A DNA stretch of 59,554 nucleotides, counting the filler, from Dugesia japonica (taxonomy: Eukaryota), in assembly GCA_001938525.1 (NCBI GenBank). It is 6 parts of 6 records of this genome, joined end to end, with 100 filler letters (N's around TTAATTAATTAA, not from the genome) between each part and the next. Parts side by side here need not be neighbours in the genome. Positions count along the whole stretch, not along the records: positions 18,327 to 26,454 come from MQRL01576008.1; positions 26,555 to 37,097 come from MQRL01639872.1; 4 more parts are not named here. One strand, 5' to 3'. The translations under genes were made by a program, and so were the position numbers. Below the pieces are notes generated by a model. That model ran no database searches, was not told the DNA's origin, and worked only from the letters and a program-made list of their open reading frames with translations. The stretch's first letter is position 1. Each line of letters starts with the position of its first letter. Shown here piece by piece: positions 24,280 to 37,036 of this stretch.

Positions 24280-25184
24280 ATTTCCACAAAAACGTAATGA
24301 ATTTCTTCTTTGACAGAATCTGATAAAAAATTATCCACCTATAAGTTGTGTATCAGTGTTTGGAAAAATTAACCGCAATGATGATACTCGTAATAAAATA
24401 AACTTGAGAAGTTATTGCTTTTTCAATGATTATTAACCAGACACTTTTGTATAAGTTGTTGTAACACAATTAGTAAAATTTTTAGAGTATTTTACGTCTA
24501 AAATATGAGGGTTTATATATTTTTTTGCCATGCACCACCACTTTTCCTAGATTGGTGCCTATTTTTACTTTTGCTTCTTAAGTTTCTGATTGGTGCCAAC
24601 ACTGAATTTTCTACTTTTTCTATAAATTTTATACTTCCCATTGGTGTCTATTTTTAGAGCACCTGCTGACTTCTTGCTCTTTGTTTTCTGTTTATTTTCT
24701 GGCCCTTATTAGCCTGATCCTTAACTCCTTTTTTTCAGACCATTCAGATATAGGTACCTTTTTCTCGTTAGGAAAATCTATTGCACCATGCCGTTTGGCT
24801 TCTGAATTTTCTTTCCCGAAATTTTCCAATTTTTCTGAGTGAAGATAATCGCCTATAACTGATTTTCTTGTAATTAAAATCTTTTACCCGAATAAATTAA
24901 TTAATTTATTCCAATAATTTTTAGTCACAATTTTAATAATATTTTCTTGTTTTTCAATAATAAATTATAATTTCTTTAATCATAATTTCTAGTTTATACT
25001 TTATTATGATAATTTTTCCATTTCATAATAATTTTAACTTTTCGGATCTTCTTTACATTATTTATTACCCGTTAATAGTGAATTTACAGTTATTGTTGAT
25101 TATTTTCTTATTAATTTCTCTCTGGCTGATGATCTGGGGTCCTTGATTATGACTACTTCTTCACATGGGTGTTTCACCCTAACA
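24280..25184 (-). mobile_element. LTR-like repeat (family starting TGTTRGGGTGAAACACC), minus orientation
   Basis: Starts TGTTAGGGTGAAACACCC at 25184; collinear blocks shared with 47437-48240 (caggtg.ctctaaaaatag..ccaa; aatctag.aaaagt.g; TATA box at 24512-24517; gtcaa(a)gaag.attca). Confidence 0.65.
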
Positions 25185-25196
25185 ATAATAATAATA

Positions 25197-25265
25197 CAGT
25201 CAAACCTCCCCATAAAGTCACTCAGTTCCGGTCCCGATGGTTGACGTTATAGGGAGATTTGACTG
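25197..25265. mobile_element. 69-bp Tc1/mariner-pogo-type mini-MITE
   Basis: 24-bp TIR CAGTCAAACCTCCCCATAAAGTCA / CAGTCAAATCTCCCTATAACGTCA (3 mismatches), flanked by TA on both sides within an AAT tract. Confidence 0.8.
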
Positions 25266-25756
25266 TAATAATAATAACAAGTAAATAAGGTATTTTTAAA
25301 TTTTAGATTATATAGGGAATTTCATTTCAGAAATTAAAATTTTCATTTCAAAATTTTCAATATCTAAAAATTAATTTTTCCACTGATCTTTAAATTAAAC
25401 AAATATTTTGTAAAACAAATTTTACTTATTAAATTTGTTTTTCAAAATATTTATATATAATGAAGTTAAATATACTATAATTAATAATGATAATTACAAT
25501 TATATATAAATATTGATCTGTTTTTCTAAATGCAACTTTTGAATTGAATTATCAACCAGTATAAATTATTTCAATCAACAAATTTACAAATGAAAGTACA
25601 CCATACATGCGCAATATCACAAAAAATTATAAAAAAACAAATTATTTGTTTTAAAAGGTTATTTTTAGCATTCAATTTTATATTCCTTGGTAACGAAATA
25701 GTAAAATAATTATGTTTTATGGAATTTTAATATTGCTTCTAAAAATTTGAATTTCA

Positions 25757-25965
25757 TTAAGTTCTTTCTATGGTGACCACTGTCAATTCAATCAAGGCTA
25801 TGTTGATCAATTGATAAACTTTACAATCAACATTGATACCGTTAAACCAGGAGTACCAAAAATTTTTCCAAAGCATACTAAAAAAATGTCCACAGCGCTC
25901 AAAATCAAAATATTGGTTTATTATTATGTAAGTTTTTAATTTATGGATTGATAGGATTGATTTTC
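25757..25965 (-). pseudogene. Possible class A GPCR fragment (TM2-TM3), frameshifted
   Basis: KLKT../TNILILSAVDIFLVC (TM2-like) then WFNGINVDCKVYQLINIALIELTVVTIER (ECL1 W..G..CK and TM3 ending in ER); cut by a gypsy fragment. Confidence 0.4.
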
Positions 25966-26454
25966 TCCAATTTTGGAGAAAATGATGAAGGAACATGGAT
26001 ACCTGATGATAAAGTAGATGAGGTTATAATGATGATACACTATATTTTGTGTCATGCTGGAGCAGAAAAAGCAGCAGCGTATATGAAGCATAAATATAAC
26101 GCGAAACATTTGTGAAGCAAAGTCAAAGACGTTGTCCGAAGCTGTATAACATGTCAGTAAGCTAAAGTGTTGACAACAAAACCGAAGGAAGAAACGAAAA
26201 AGACGCAGCTAGCCAAAATATTTGAACTGCTATTTATAGATGTATGTGGACCACTGCTGGAGACAAGAGGCCGAAAAATATGTTCTCGGTATAATAGATC
26301 AATACAGTACGTATATAGTCTTGACAACAACCATAAAACAAGATGAAGATACCATACAACAAGCATTATTGGAGAAGTGGATATTAAAGTTCGGGTGTTC
26401 GAGAGAAATTTGAGTTGATTGTGGAAGAGCACTTGAGTCTAAATCAATGAAAAA
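25966..26454 (+). mobile_element. Ty3/gypsy integrase fragment (same family as 18327-20968)
   Basis: Near-collinear DNA match to 20060-20525 (gatgaaggaacatggat, gctaaagtgttgacaacaaaac, tgtggaccactgc, gagtctaaatcaatgaaa). Confidence 0.9.
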
Positions 26455-26554
26455 NNNNNNNNNNNNNNNNNNNNNNNNNNNNNNNNNNNNNNNNNNNNTT
26501 AATTAATTAANNNNNNNNNNNNNNNNNNNNNNNNNNNNNNNNNNNNNNNNNNNN

Positions 26555-26588
<34 letters not shown>

Positions 26589-28232
26589 GTTAAGATACAA
26601 TCCCATATATTACAAATATTTATCACTACTGGTTAATCGAAATATATATATATATATATTGCAATTGCAATTATTGCGATAATAATTGTTGGACATAACC
26701 ATTGACCGTTTTACATAATTCATTTAAAATAAAAGTTTTCATCAAAAGGTTATATGCTTAAAATTACCATGTAATCTTGGTCATTGTTAAGGTTCAAGTC
26801 CAATAATTTGATAAAGTTTGCTTGTATTTGCTTAAACTAATTTTCTCTCATGGTCAAGTCCTTGTCGCTCTCAGAATCAATTTATATTATATATTTGATA
26901 ATGTAAACTATTATCAATTATATTACAAAAGAAAAAAAATTATTAATGAAAAAATAACATTAAATTTATTTCAAATATAAAATATTAAAACAAAAATAAT
27001 TTCATATGTAACATAAAAATGTTTTAAAGTTCAAACAATAAAACATCATTTTGAAGAGACTATGTTTTCTTAGGGCTAGGAAATTGATCAATTTTAAACG
27101 CCATTCAAATTTGCTATTTTCATCTATAAAAAAATTATTACATAGCCATAAAAACGAATATTTACCTTTGTAAAACGAAAGAATAGTAAAACAAAATTTG
27201 ANAACTAATAAATTAAATATAATATATTTCATTTATATTGGAATATTTAGTTGAATATTATTATATCACAAATTTATGAGCGATCCAATCTAAAATCAAA
27301 TTCAATTATTAAACAATTTTTACATAAATATTAGCAAGATTATGTTGCCATTAGCTTATTATTTAATGAAATACTAAAGATTCCTTTACTAATGAATGAT
27401 TTCTTTATGATAATTTTATATATTATTATATTAACGTTTTAGTAAAAAGAAATTTAAATTATTTAGTCCAAGGTTTCCTAGTCGTTTAGATTTTCGGGCA
27501 TATAAATATGCGATTGGAGATTTTAATGCGAATTTTATATAATTATATTTGGGTCTACGACATGGGAGAGAATGACAAAAATTAAAATCCGTTATGTGAA
27601 ACTAGACGATTTATATAAGAAAACAATTAGAATCAGTGCAGGACTTGTAATACTTATTAAAATTAATATGATTTGTAAAATACTATACATAATAATCAAG
27701 ATACATAATAAGTCAGATTAGTTGGAATTGTTTTAATAAAAGGTTTCATCAGTTTGTTAAATTCAAATTATAACTTCAAATTAAATCACTAAATATTAAA
27801 ACAAAGAGGTTGATATAAGTAAGTAAAATTAATCCAATAAAAGATAAAAATCATTAACTTGAAAAATAAGATGATGAGAAATAATTTTAAAAATCACTGA
27901 ATGATTGAAAATTGAAGAATTCGTGAAAAAGTATGAAATTAATTAATGAATTCTGTTGGGGTTTCCAGCAGAAATTTCGTAATTTTAATTGAAATTCAAA
28001 CTTCAGATTAATCATATCTAATTTGTCCAAATGAAAGATAACGACATGCTAGGTGAAAAGAAAATAAAATATATGGAAATATAAACTTGGCAAAACAGAT
28101 TAATACGGCAAAGGGACTTCATGGAAATGAAACGAAGAACCTTTCTTTTCAAATAAAGTGTACTTTATTTTAGTAGATAATTTTGTTAGAACCAAAGAAG
28201 AAAAATATGGATTTCAGCAAATTGAAAAGTTT

Positions 28233-28835
28233 GATTTACGGACTATTGACTATAGGTCCATTAACCGTATGGATCATTGATCACTAGGTTTGTTNATCAT
28301 AGGGTCTATGACCATAAAACAAATAATAAAACTTTTGTATTCTTTAAAGGATATAAATTATATAAAAAAACAGCACAATTAATAAATAAAGAAACTACCG
28401 AACCGAATATAAAAGTGTTAACATAGTTTAAATAAGGAAAATCCATTTCAAAATAATTTGTATTTGATTAAATAGGTCTAATTGCTTTATCTAATTATAA
28501 AACACTATAATTAAAAAGTAGGTTTAAATACCCAAACTATGGACTGATATAAACTAAACACCCTATTTTAGTTTCAAGTAAGTCTTAGACATATGACAAA
28601 TGTGCTATGGCTTAAAGTTATGTCAAAATATGTGTTTGTTCGTATGTTGCAATCTTATTTTATTATATTCAATTTGTTATTTGTCTTAAAAATCTGTCTT
28701 ACAATTTTCAAATTTTAATTTAACTAAACCTTGTTTTGTGTTCAAAACCCCAATGACTAACGAACCTAGTGGTCAATGATCTCTGTGGTCAACAGATCTG
28801 TGGTCAATATACATATGGTTAATAATCCGTTTACC
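28233..28835. mobile_element. MITE with ~80-100 bp internally repetitive TIRs (Mutator-like)
   Basis: acggactattgac..gatcattgatcactaggtttgtt mirrors aacgaacctagtggtcaatgatc..gttaataatccgt; 9-bp near-perfect TSD GAAAAGTT(T/G) at 28224-28232 and 28836-28844. Confidence 0.7.
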
Positions 28836-30062
28836 GAAAAGTTGATTTTATCCAAGAAATTCGTAAACGTTTTTTGTCATAAAGAAAGTGTTTTTGTTTT
28901 AAAAAACTTTGAAATGAAAAATACTTTATAAGTGATGTAAATATTAAAAATTTTGATTGAAGTAAAAAATTCACCACATCATTTTAAAATGATCTGTGGT
29001 TTTGCAATTACTGTTTTACGAAAGACACTACTTANNNNNNNNNNNNNNNNNNNNNNNNNNNNNNNNNNNNNNNNNATTTATTCGGGTAATTTGATTATGT
29101 ATTTGTACTTGATTATTTACATCAATATAACTTTCTCGTCGGTTGTAGACTTTCGTTGAAGTAGACTCGGCACCTAGGCACCAAATCGTATGATTTTTAA
29201 TCAAAGGAAAAATTTGAAAAATCAAGAAACTTGTTGTCAAACAATTATTCGTTTTAAACTCTGAAAACTTACAACTTCAATAATTCTGAGTTTATTAGAC
29301 TATATTAAGTTGACTATGATAGTCAGTTAAAAGTCCGTATGAAGGAATTGATTTAAAATCAAATAAAAGTTTACCTAAAGGTTTTGGAAATAATACACAA
29401 ATTTTCTATAATGTTGACATCAAATCAACATATGCATACATAGTCATAAAATATTTCATACAACACGTTCAAAGTTTTCAAATTTTGAATTGAAAGAATA
29501 AACTGAATTAATTCTGTTTTTGTAAATAAAAAATCTTTGTAAGATTTATTTATAATAGTGGTAGCGGTAAATATCGATTCAATTTCAAATAGGTTATTAC
29601 CAAATGTGTTCTGTAATGAAGATATTGAAAAATATTTTTATGACTATGAATTACCTTTTCATGCTGAAGGCATTACACAAAAGAAACAAAAGGAAAGATT
29701 AATTTCACGTTTGAAAATGCCCATTTAGTAATTCAATTGAAATGAAGTAAATCAGATGTTATTTATGAATGAAATTTTATTTCCATATTGAGATCATAAA
29801 ACTTTAGAATTAAATAGTAATTATGCCTTTGATAACATAATTTGCTTTGTGAAAATTAAAAGAAATATAACTTATAAGGGGACAAAGTACTAACATGACA
29901 ATGGCGGGGATTATTTATAAAAATTGGATTTGGTGAAGCACTTCTGCGTCGGTCGCTTTTCTTTCTTCTCAAATCTTCATAAATACGAATTTCAATCTGA
30001 GAAAATACAATTNNNNNNNNNNNNNNNNNNNNNNNNNNNNNNNNNNNNNNNNNNNNNNNNNN

Positions 30063-30068
30063 ATTATA

Positions 30069-30107
<39 letters not shown>

Positions 30108-30135
30108 ATTATTATTATTATTATTATTATTATTA
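30063..30135. repeat. (ATT)n microsatellite
   Basis: Near-perfect ATT run next to a gap; similar runs at ~26555-26587 and ~37060-37097. Confidence 0.95.
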
Positions 30136-30199
30136 GATTTGGAAATAGAGTTAAGCATAAAATGTATATTCTAAATTAAAATGACACTGTAAAATATAT

Positions 30200-31057
30200 A
30201 TATAGCTTTTAAGGAATCAGTTATGCAATAATGTTTGAGCACTAGAATCATACACACATTCAAACAGTCAATTAGGCATTCACCTATTATCACATACATA
30301 TGTCGATTTACTTATATAAAGGTCAATATGAAATATTATATTATTAGCCATATCTCATATTCCCCCCTTTTAAAGTGTTTTACCATTCAATATTTTTTAT
30401 TATTTTTTACGATTAGTAAGTTCTAATTTAAAACTCATATCATGTATTTGCTCTATAATTATTGCTGGTCCTTCATGTGTTTTCATTTTTATATGGACTT
30501 TCTCTTTTAATTAAAACTTCGTCACCAATATTAAATTTTCTAACTGCAGTATTCTTTTCTAAAGTTTTGGAATTTTCATAGTTATTTAAATTGTTTATTA
30601 TTCTTTTATGCTTTAAATTTCTTTCATTTAAATTATTTTTTACTTTCCTAACAATCCATTCTTTAAATCGTTCCCAAAAAACTATTTCAGCTGGAGCTAC
30701 ATTCATCGTTCTGTGAATTATGGTGTTCAACATAAATTCTATTTTTGGTAATATTTCGGCCCAGTCCTGCTTTTTTTTATCCTGTAAACTAATATGAATT
30801 GTATCTCTTNNNNNNNNAAATTGTCTTTCAATTATTCCATTACTACTATGATGATATGGACTAGAGTATTGAATTTCACAATTAAATTCTTTAGTTAATT
30901 GTTGGAATAGATTTGATTCAAATGATTTTCTCAGGTCTGTATGTATTATTCTCGGTGCACCATATTTCAAAATCCGATTATTTTTAAATATTTTAACAGT
31001 GTTATTTTCATTTTGATGTAAAATTGCATTGAGAGATGAATCTACTGAATTTATCAA
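30200..31057 (-). mobile_element. Ty3/gypsy 3' fragment (integrase core and C-terminus, PPT, start of 3' LTR)
   Basis: YGAPRIIHTDLRKSFES..SSPYHHSSNGIIERQF..WAEILPKIEF..FNIGDEVLIK; polypurine tract AAAAGGGGGGAA on the minus strand (~30360-30371). Confidence 0.85.
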
Positions 31058-31064
31058 TTATAAC

Positions 31065-33250
31065 TAAAAAAACTTTACACAACTCAATGCAATAACAGAA
31101 AGACATGCTTTTCTTATGCCAAATGTGGACAAACTGCTAGATGCTTTAGAAGGTGCACAGTATTTTAGCTCAATAGACATGGAATAAACATACAATCAAG
31201 TAGAACTTAGCGAAGATTCTCAAAAAACGACAAGTGTTTCCACCGAACAAGGGCACTTTTGTTTTAATTGAAAACCTTTGGGAATTGTGGCAGCACCAGG
31301 TACGTTCCAGGAAATAATGAATAAGGTGATTGGGAAAATAAAAAGAGCAATGGTTGATCTAAACTATATTCTCATATTTACCAAAACAAAGAGGCAACAC
31401 AATGAAATAATCAATAAAGTAAANAATTCTCGTCTAAGTGTAATTCCTGAGAAATGTCAATTCATCCGAAAAGAGATCAAATTTCTGGAATACGTTATCA
31501 AGAAAAAAGGTGTCAAAACAGATCTAACTAAAATAGAAGCAACTAAGAACTTTTGTAAACCAAAATACGTTAAGTAGATGAAATGGTTTTTGGGAATTTG
31601 CATGTTTATTAAAGATTATTCGAAAAAGGCTAGATTGCTGGAACAATTGTATAGTNAGCCGAGTAACAAGAAAATTGAATTGGCGAACGAATTGGAAGAA
31701 GTTATTAATGGAATGAAGNAAGCACTAATTATGTCTCCAATACTATGTTTTCAAGATATAAATAGAGAGTTTATTTTGAACACGGATGAAAGTTTCTACG
31801 CATTTGGTGCACAACTATCTGAAAGGGAATACAATGAACAGAAAAGAATAATAGCATATGGTTCACACGCAATGACGAGTCACGAGAAAGGAAATTGCCC
31901 TACGCGTAAAGAATCACTCGCCATTTACTACTTTTGTATTTATTTCAAACATTATTTATATGGAAAGAGATTTATCCTTATAAGGCTAACACTATTATAC
32001 TAAATACCAATAAACCAATCACATCACAGTTTCAAACTTGGATTAATTATTTGAGAAGTTTAGATATAAAATTTAAATATAGAAAAGGATCGCTTCATAC
32101 TACTGCGGATATGTTTTAATGCTATACACATGCACAATGTCTAATGTCAAGATCCCAAGAGTGGACGATTAAAACAAGAATGTTAAATACAGTGGATATT
32201 CAAGACAAACAAGACAATTATGTAGAAAACGATGAAAGAACATGGATTTCTGATGATAAAGTATAAAAGGTTATAATAAGGATACACCGTCCTTTGTATC
32301 ATAATAGTAAAGAAAAGTAGCAGCGTATATGAAGAATAAATATAAAGCGAGAAATTTGTGGACTATAAAGTGCAAGAGGTCGTCCAAAGCTGAATAACAT
32401 GCCAGAAAGCTAAAGTGTTGACTACAGAAACTAAGGAAGAAATTAAAATCAAGCAGCCAGCTGAAATGTTTGATTTGTTGTATATAAATGTGGGCAAGCC
32501 ACTGCTGGAGAAAAGAGGTCGGAAAAATATGTTCTATGTATAATAGATCAATACAGTAAGTATAAAGTCCTGATAACAATGACAAGACAATATGAAGATA
32601 CTATACGAAAAGCAATATTGGAGAAGTGGATATTAAAGTTTGGGTGTCCGAGAGAAATTAGAGTTGATTCTGGAAGAGCATTTGAGTCTAAATCAATGAA
32701 AGATTTTCCAGATGAACATTTAATCAGCGTCAGGTTTTTGAATTCATATCATCATAACACAAATGGGCAAATCAAGAGACAGTTTAGAACTATGCGGGAT
32801 ATGGTAAATGCAACACTTAAAGAAAGAAAAACCTCAGATTGGGTGAATGTATTTCCAGAGATGGAATTTAACTTGAATGCTACAAAACAGAAGACCCTCG
32901 GGTAAAGCCCTGCAGAAACCGTATTTTGGAAGAGAATAAGCCGTAAAAATTGGTACAAAACAAGTACTCAAAGAGAACACAAAGAACAAGATAAATAGAT
33001 ATTGACCAAAAGATAATTCAAGGTTGGTGATGGGGTTTTAGTGAAAGTTAATACAAGAAACAAGAACCAAGATCGTTATGAAGGACCCTATAAGATCAAA
33101 GGAAAGGTTCATGACAGGCGTTACATCCTGGAATATACAAATGTAAAAAGCAAAAGAAACGTAGAGAGGATCAAAACAATTCCTTAAAATGGGGATGTGG
33201 GTATGTTTTAAAAAGCGAGTTGAAATTTTGGTGTGATTATTGATCATTTA
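31065..33250 (+). mobile_element. Degenerate Ty3/gypsy pol (RT, RNase H, integrase) with PPT and LTR start
   Basis: Same family as 18327-20968: APGTFQEIMNKV, FILNTDES, IIAYGS, FGCPREIRVDSGRAFES, YEGPY; ends AAAATGGGGA-TGTGGG (~33186-33201). Confidence 0.92.
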
Positions 33251-34754
33251 TCTTAAAATCTTTTATTTTAAAAAAATTGAAATTTTTAGATGAAAAATAT
33301 ATTTCGTTTTAAATTTTAATAAATTGAAATTTTGGGTAAACGAATATTCGGTTTTCAATTGAATTATTGAATGAACAAATATTTGATTTTAAATTTTAAT
33401 AACAAAGTAAAATTTTTAATTAACTTAAAATTAATTTTAAATAATTTGAAAAATTATCAACAATTAGAATATAAGATTGTAATTTGTTTGAATAAATAAA
33501 TAGTGTTAATTAAAGTTTTGTTTGTGAATAATTTTTCTATGGAATTGAGTTTTGATATTGATGATCTGATGAGTACTTCAAACTCATCTAACAAATATTA
33601 NNNNNNNNNNNNNNNNNNNNNNNNNNNNNNNNNNNNNNNNNNNNNNNNNNNNNNNNNNNNNNNNNNNNNNNNNNNNNNNNNNNNNNNNNNNNNNNNNNNN
33701 NNNNNNNNNNNNNNNNNNNTTGTAATTATCATAATTATCATAATTATTATTAAATATTTACATCAATTCATATTTTAAACTGTGTTTATGAAATATTATC
33801 TCATATTTTTGTTTCTGATATAATTAAATCAAAAGAGTTTGAGTAGTTTTTTAATGTCACTAAAATTGAAGTCTAATTGATTTTAATTTAGATTACAAAT
33901 GTTAATTCAGTTTAAAATAAATAAATTCGTTTAATTTAATTAGACTCTTAATAATAATCTACATTTTCATTTAATTCTTGTTTCTATTGATAAGAATAAA
34001 TTAAAATTTTATCATTTGCTTTTTGACTAGAATGATTGGTAGTAACTTTAAATTAATTCAATGGAGAAAAACATTATTCTAAAATTATATCATAGAAAAA
34101 TAAATTAATTTCTACAGTATTATCAATATATTGTCACATTTAAAAGCATATATATAGTAATACGTTATCCAGAAAGTTCTCTCGGTGTCTTACTATGAAA
34201 TAAAAAGAAATTTTAGACACAGAAAGTTTTTATTCTTGATAGATTTATATGGTTGTTTTATTCAAATCAACTAAAATAAGACTTTTGATTCAATACTTTA
34301 TTTAAAATAAAATTAATTCTTCGTTAAAATTCTTATTGCTTTTTGATCGCTTCTTCCCACACTTGCATTTCTAGATTTATATTTTTTAATAATAATAAAC
34401 TTAAACAAATTTATTATATTTATTAAAAATGTATTTTGCAAATATAAAAGTTTTGAATTTAAAATAATTTAAAAATAAAATCTAATTACTAAACTTTTAA
34501 CTAAATGTTTACATTTAAAAACTTATGGAAATAAATATTTTTTATAAAGCATTAATATTAAATTTCACATTTTAAAAATTTAAACTAATAAACCTTGATT
34601 TTAATTGAAAATTTATTGCATTAAATTTTAAAAATATTAAAAAATTTACGAATTTCTAATATTATCTAATAATTCTAAAAAATATTTGCCATTATTATCG
34701 AAAATTTGTTGTAATCTCTTTTTCAATATTATGAATTCCTTTTCAAACAATACC

Positions 34755-35440
34755 TGAATTTTTTATCCAAAAATACTTCAAGGTATGTTTTGATACTGTC
34801 ATTAGGGGTAAAGGTATTTCCAGCTAAAGAGAATTATAAAGACCGAAACAGATATAAGTCAAATGGTGTGGCAACGAATCCCAGCCAGTTTTAAAAGATG
34901 TGTGAAATTTTTATGTTTTTTGTGATGGAAAACTAGACTTTCACGATTTTCTAATTTTTGGACGTTACTGCTGCAAGGAATCATCTAATTTTTTGAACTG
35001 CTAACATTAAATATATAAGTCATTGTAGTATTAAGTAGTACGAGTTAAAATATAGAATAACCTTATAAACCAAATATATTGACAAGTAAGACCTAATATG
35101 AGATATTAAAGTAATTAACAATTCACCAATAATATTCGAGTCGTCAAATGTTGTTTTCAACATCTTATATTTTGTTTATTATAAATCGAATCTGAAAAAA
35201 TTTTAAAATTGACAAAAGAAAACCTTGAAAAACATGTGGCACTGACTATTTGACTAGGATCTCTGGTGCAGTAGTCTAACAAATGAACCACAAATTCATN
35301 NNNNNNNNNNNNNNNNNNNNNNNNNNTCAAGAGCTTACCAATCGCATTCCTCTTTCAATTGGATCAATCATATAAATTCCGTTTGGCGCAAAGTATTTTA
35401 GATTTACTCTTTTTATGTATCGAGATGCCTTATTTATATA
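34755..35440 (-). pseudogene. Multi-exon gene or pseudogene fragment of uncertain identity
   Basis: Clean 102-nt exon 35339-35440 (tttcag|YINKASRYIKRVNLKYFAPNGIYMIDPIERGMRL|gtaag) followed by further exon-like blocks (EFVVHLLDYCTRDPSQIVSATCFS; QFKKLDDSLQQ*) containing stops. Confidence 0.35.
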
Positions 35441-35908
35441 CTGAAATAATAATTAATAATTTAATAAATGATCAAGAAACAGGTAAAATATCTTTATGAT
35501 AGATTTCTAATTAGAATTTTGAAAAAATGTAAATTAAAAATTTAAAATTCATAAAATAAAATAAAATTCATAAAATAAAATAAAATTCATAAAATGAATC
35601 CATATTATTTAATTAACTGATATTTTTATAAAATTTTATTAATCAGTATTATTATTAGTTTCTTTTAGCTGATATTTCGTTTACGTTATTTATATTGCCA
35701 ACTTGTATCTCAGGTTTTCAAGCAGCATTTGTCGGTAAAAACGTTTTAAATTTGAAAAGTACTTCTAACTTTTATTTAAAAATGGAGAATGTTAATTAAT
35801 TTCTTGTAAAATGCTACCACAAGAAGCATAGTGATTTTAACTAAATCTAACGTCATTTAATTATAAAATAGTAAGAAATAAAAAATAATAATTAATAATT
35901 TAAATATA

Positions 35909-37036
35909 TTAGGTTGTTCAGAAAGTTTTGCATTTTTTTGTTAAAATATATTAAAATTATTAATATTTCAAATAACTTATTTAAATATTATTGAATATTA
36001 TATATCATTTAAAAGCTTATTTATTGTTCTCTTCAAAGTATTTATTTGTTTTGCTTTTTAAATTAAAATTTGACTATATATTTTCCTTTTTAATGTAGGA
36101 TGTCGTGTCGTGATATACGTCAAATTTATTTTTATGAGTTCCGTTTCGTTAGAAAAGCAGCTGAAACTGCTCAAAAAGTTTATGAAGTTTGGGGTCATGA
36201 TACTGTAAATTAGTCAACAGTAGGATGTTGGTATCAAAGGTTCCGCAATGAAGGTTGAATCCGTGAAGATGCGGAACGAATTGGCCGTCCTTCCATACTT
36301 GATGACAGTGAGTTAAAGGCTCTAGTAGAAAAGGATACACAAATAACAATTAGAAAATTTGCCAAAAATCTAGATGTCAGTATTGTAACCGTTTTCTGTC
36401 ATATTAAGCAAATAGGTAAGATAAAGAGACTCGATATGTTGGTGCCACATGAGGTAACGATAAAAATTAAAATGCAGCGCTATGACATTTGCCCAGAACT
36501 CATTTTCAGGATGAAAAACAAGCCATTTCTTCATCGACTGATTACTTGTGATGAAAAATGGCTGCTATACAACAATAATAAATGTTCAGCACAGTGATTA
36601 GACATCCATAAATCTCCCAAGTCCTTCCCAAAACCGAGTCAACACGAATAAAAGGTAATGTTTACGGTATGGTGGTGTTCAAAAGGAGTGATTCATTACG
36701 ATTTCCTGAAAAAGGGAGAAATGATAACAGCAGATAAAAAATTGCCTAGAGATTAATATTATGCAAGAAAAGTTGAAAAGATGTACCCAGCATTGATAAA
36801 TAAAAAAGACCCAAAGATTTGAGAACGAAAGTGTCTTAAAAAAAGAATTTGAACAGTTCCTTGCCTCCGGGTCTGCCAAATTTTATCGCATAGGGATGGA
36901 CAATCTACCTATTTGTTGGCAAAAGTGGGTACACGCTAATAGTTTTTATTTTAATTAATAAACCTTTTGTTTCAGCTCACTTATGATGTTTAAAAATTAA
37001 GATTCAAAAACGTGCAAAACTTTCTGAGCAACCTAA
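35909..37036 (+). mobile_element. Mariner DNA transposon, decayed transposase
   Basis: TIRs TTAGGTTGTTCAGAAAGTTTTGCA / TGCAAAACTTTCTGAGCAACCTAA; motifs LVPHE, FLHRLITCDEKWLLYNN, KVMFTVWWC, GVIHYDFL; internal deletion of the catalytic C-terminal part. Confidence 0.93.

Noticed and set aside
27900-29800. Possible decayed gene around the MITE
   Set aside because: No coherent frame or recognisable motif could be assembled.
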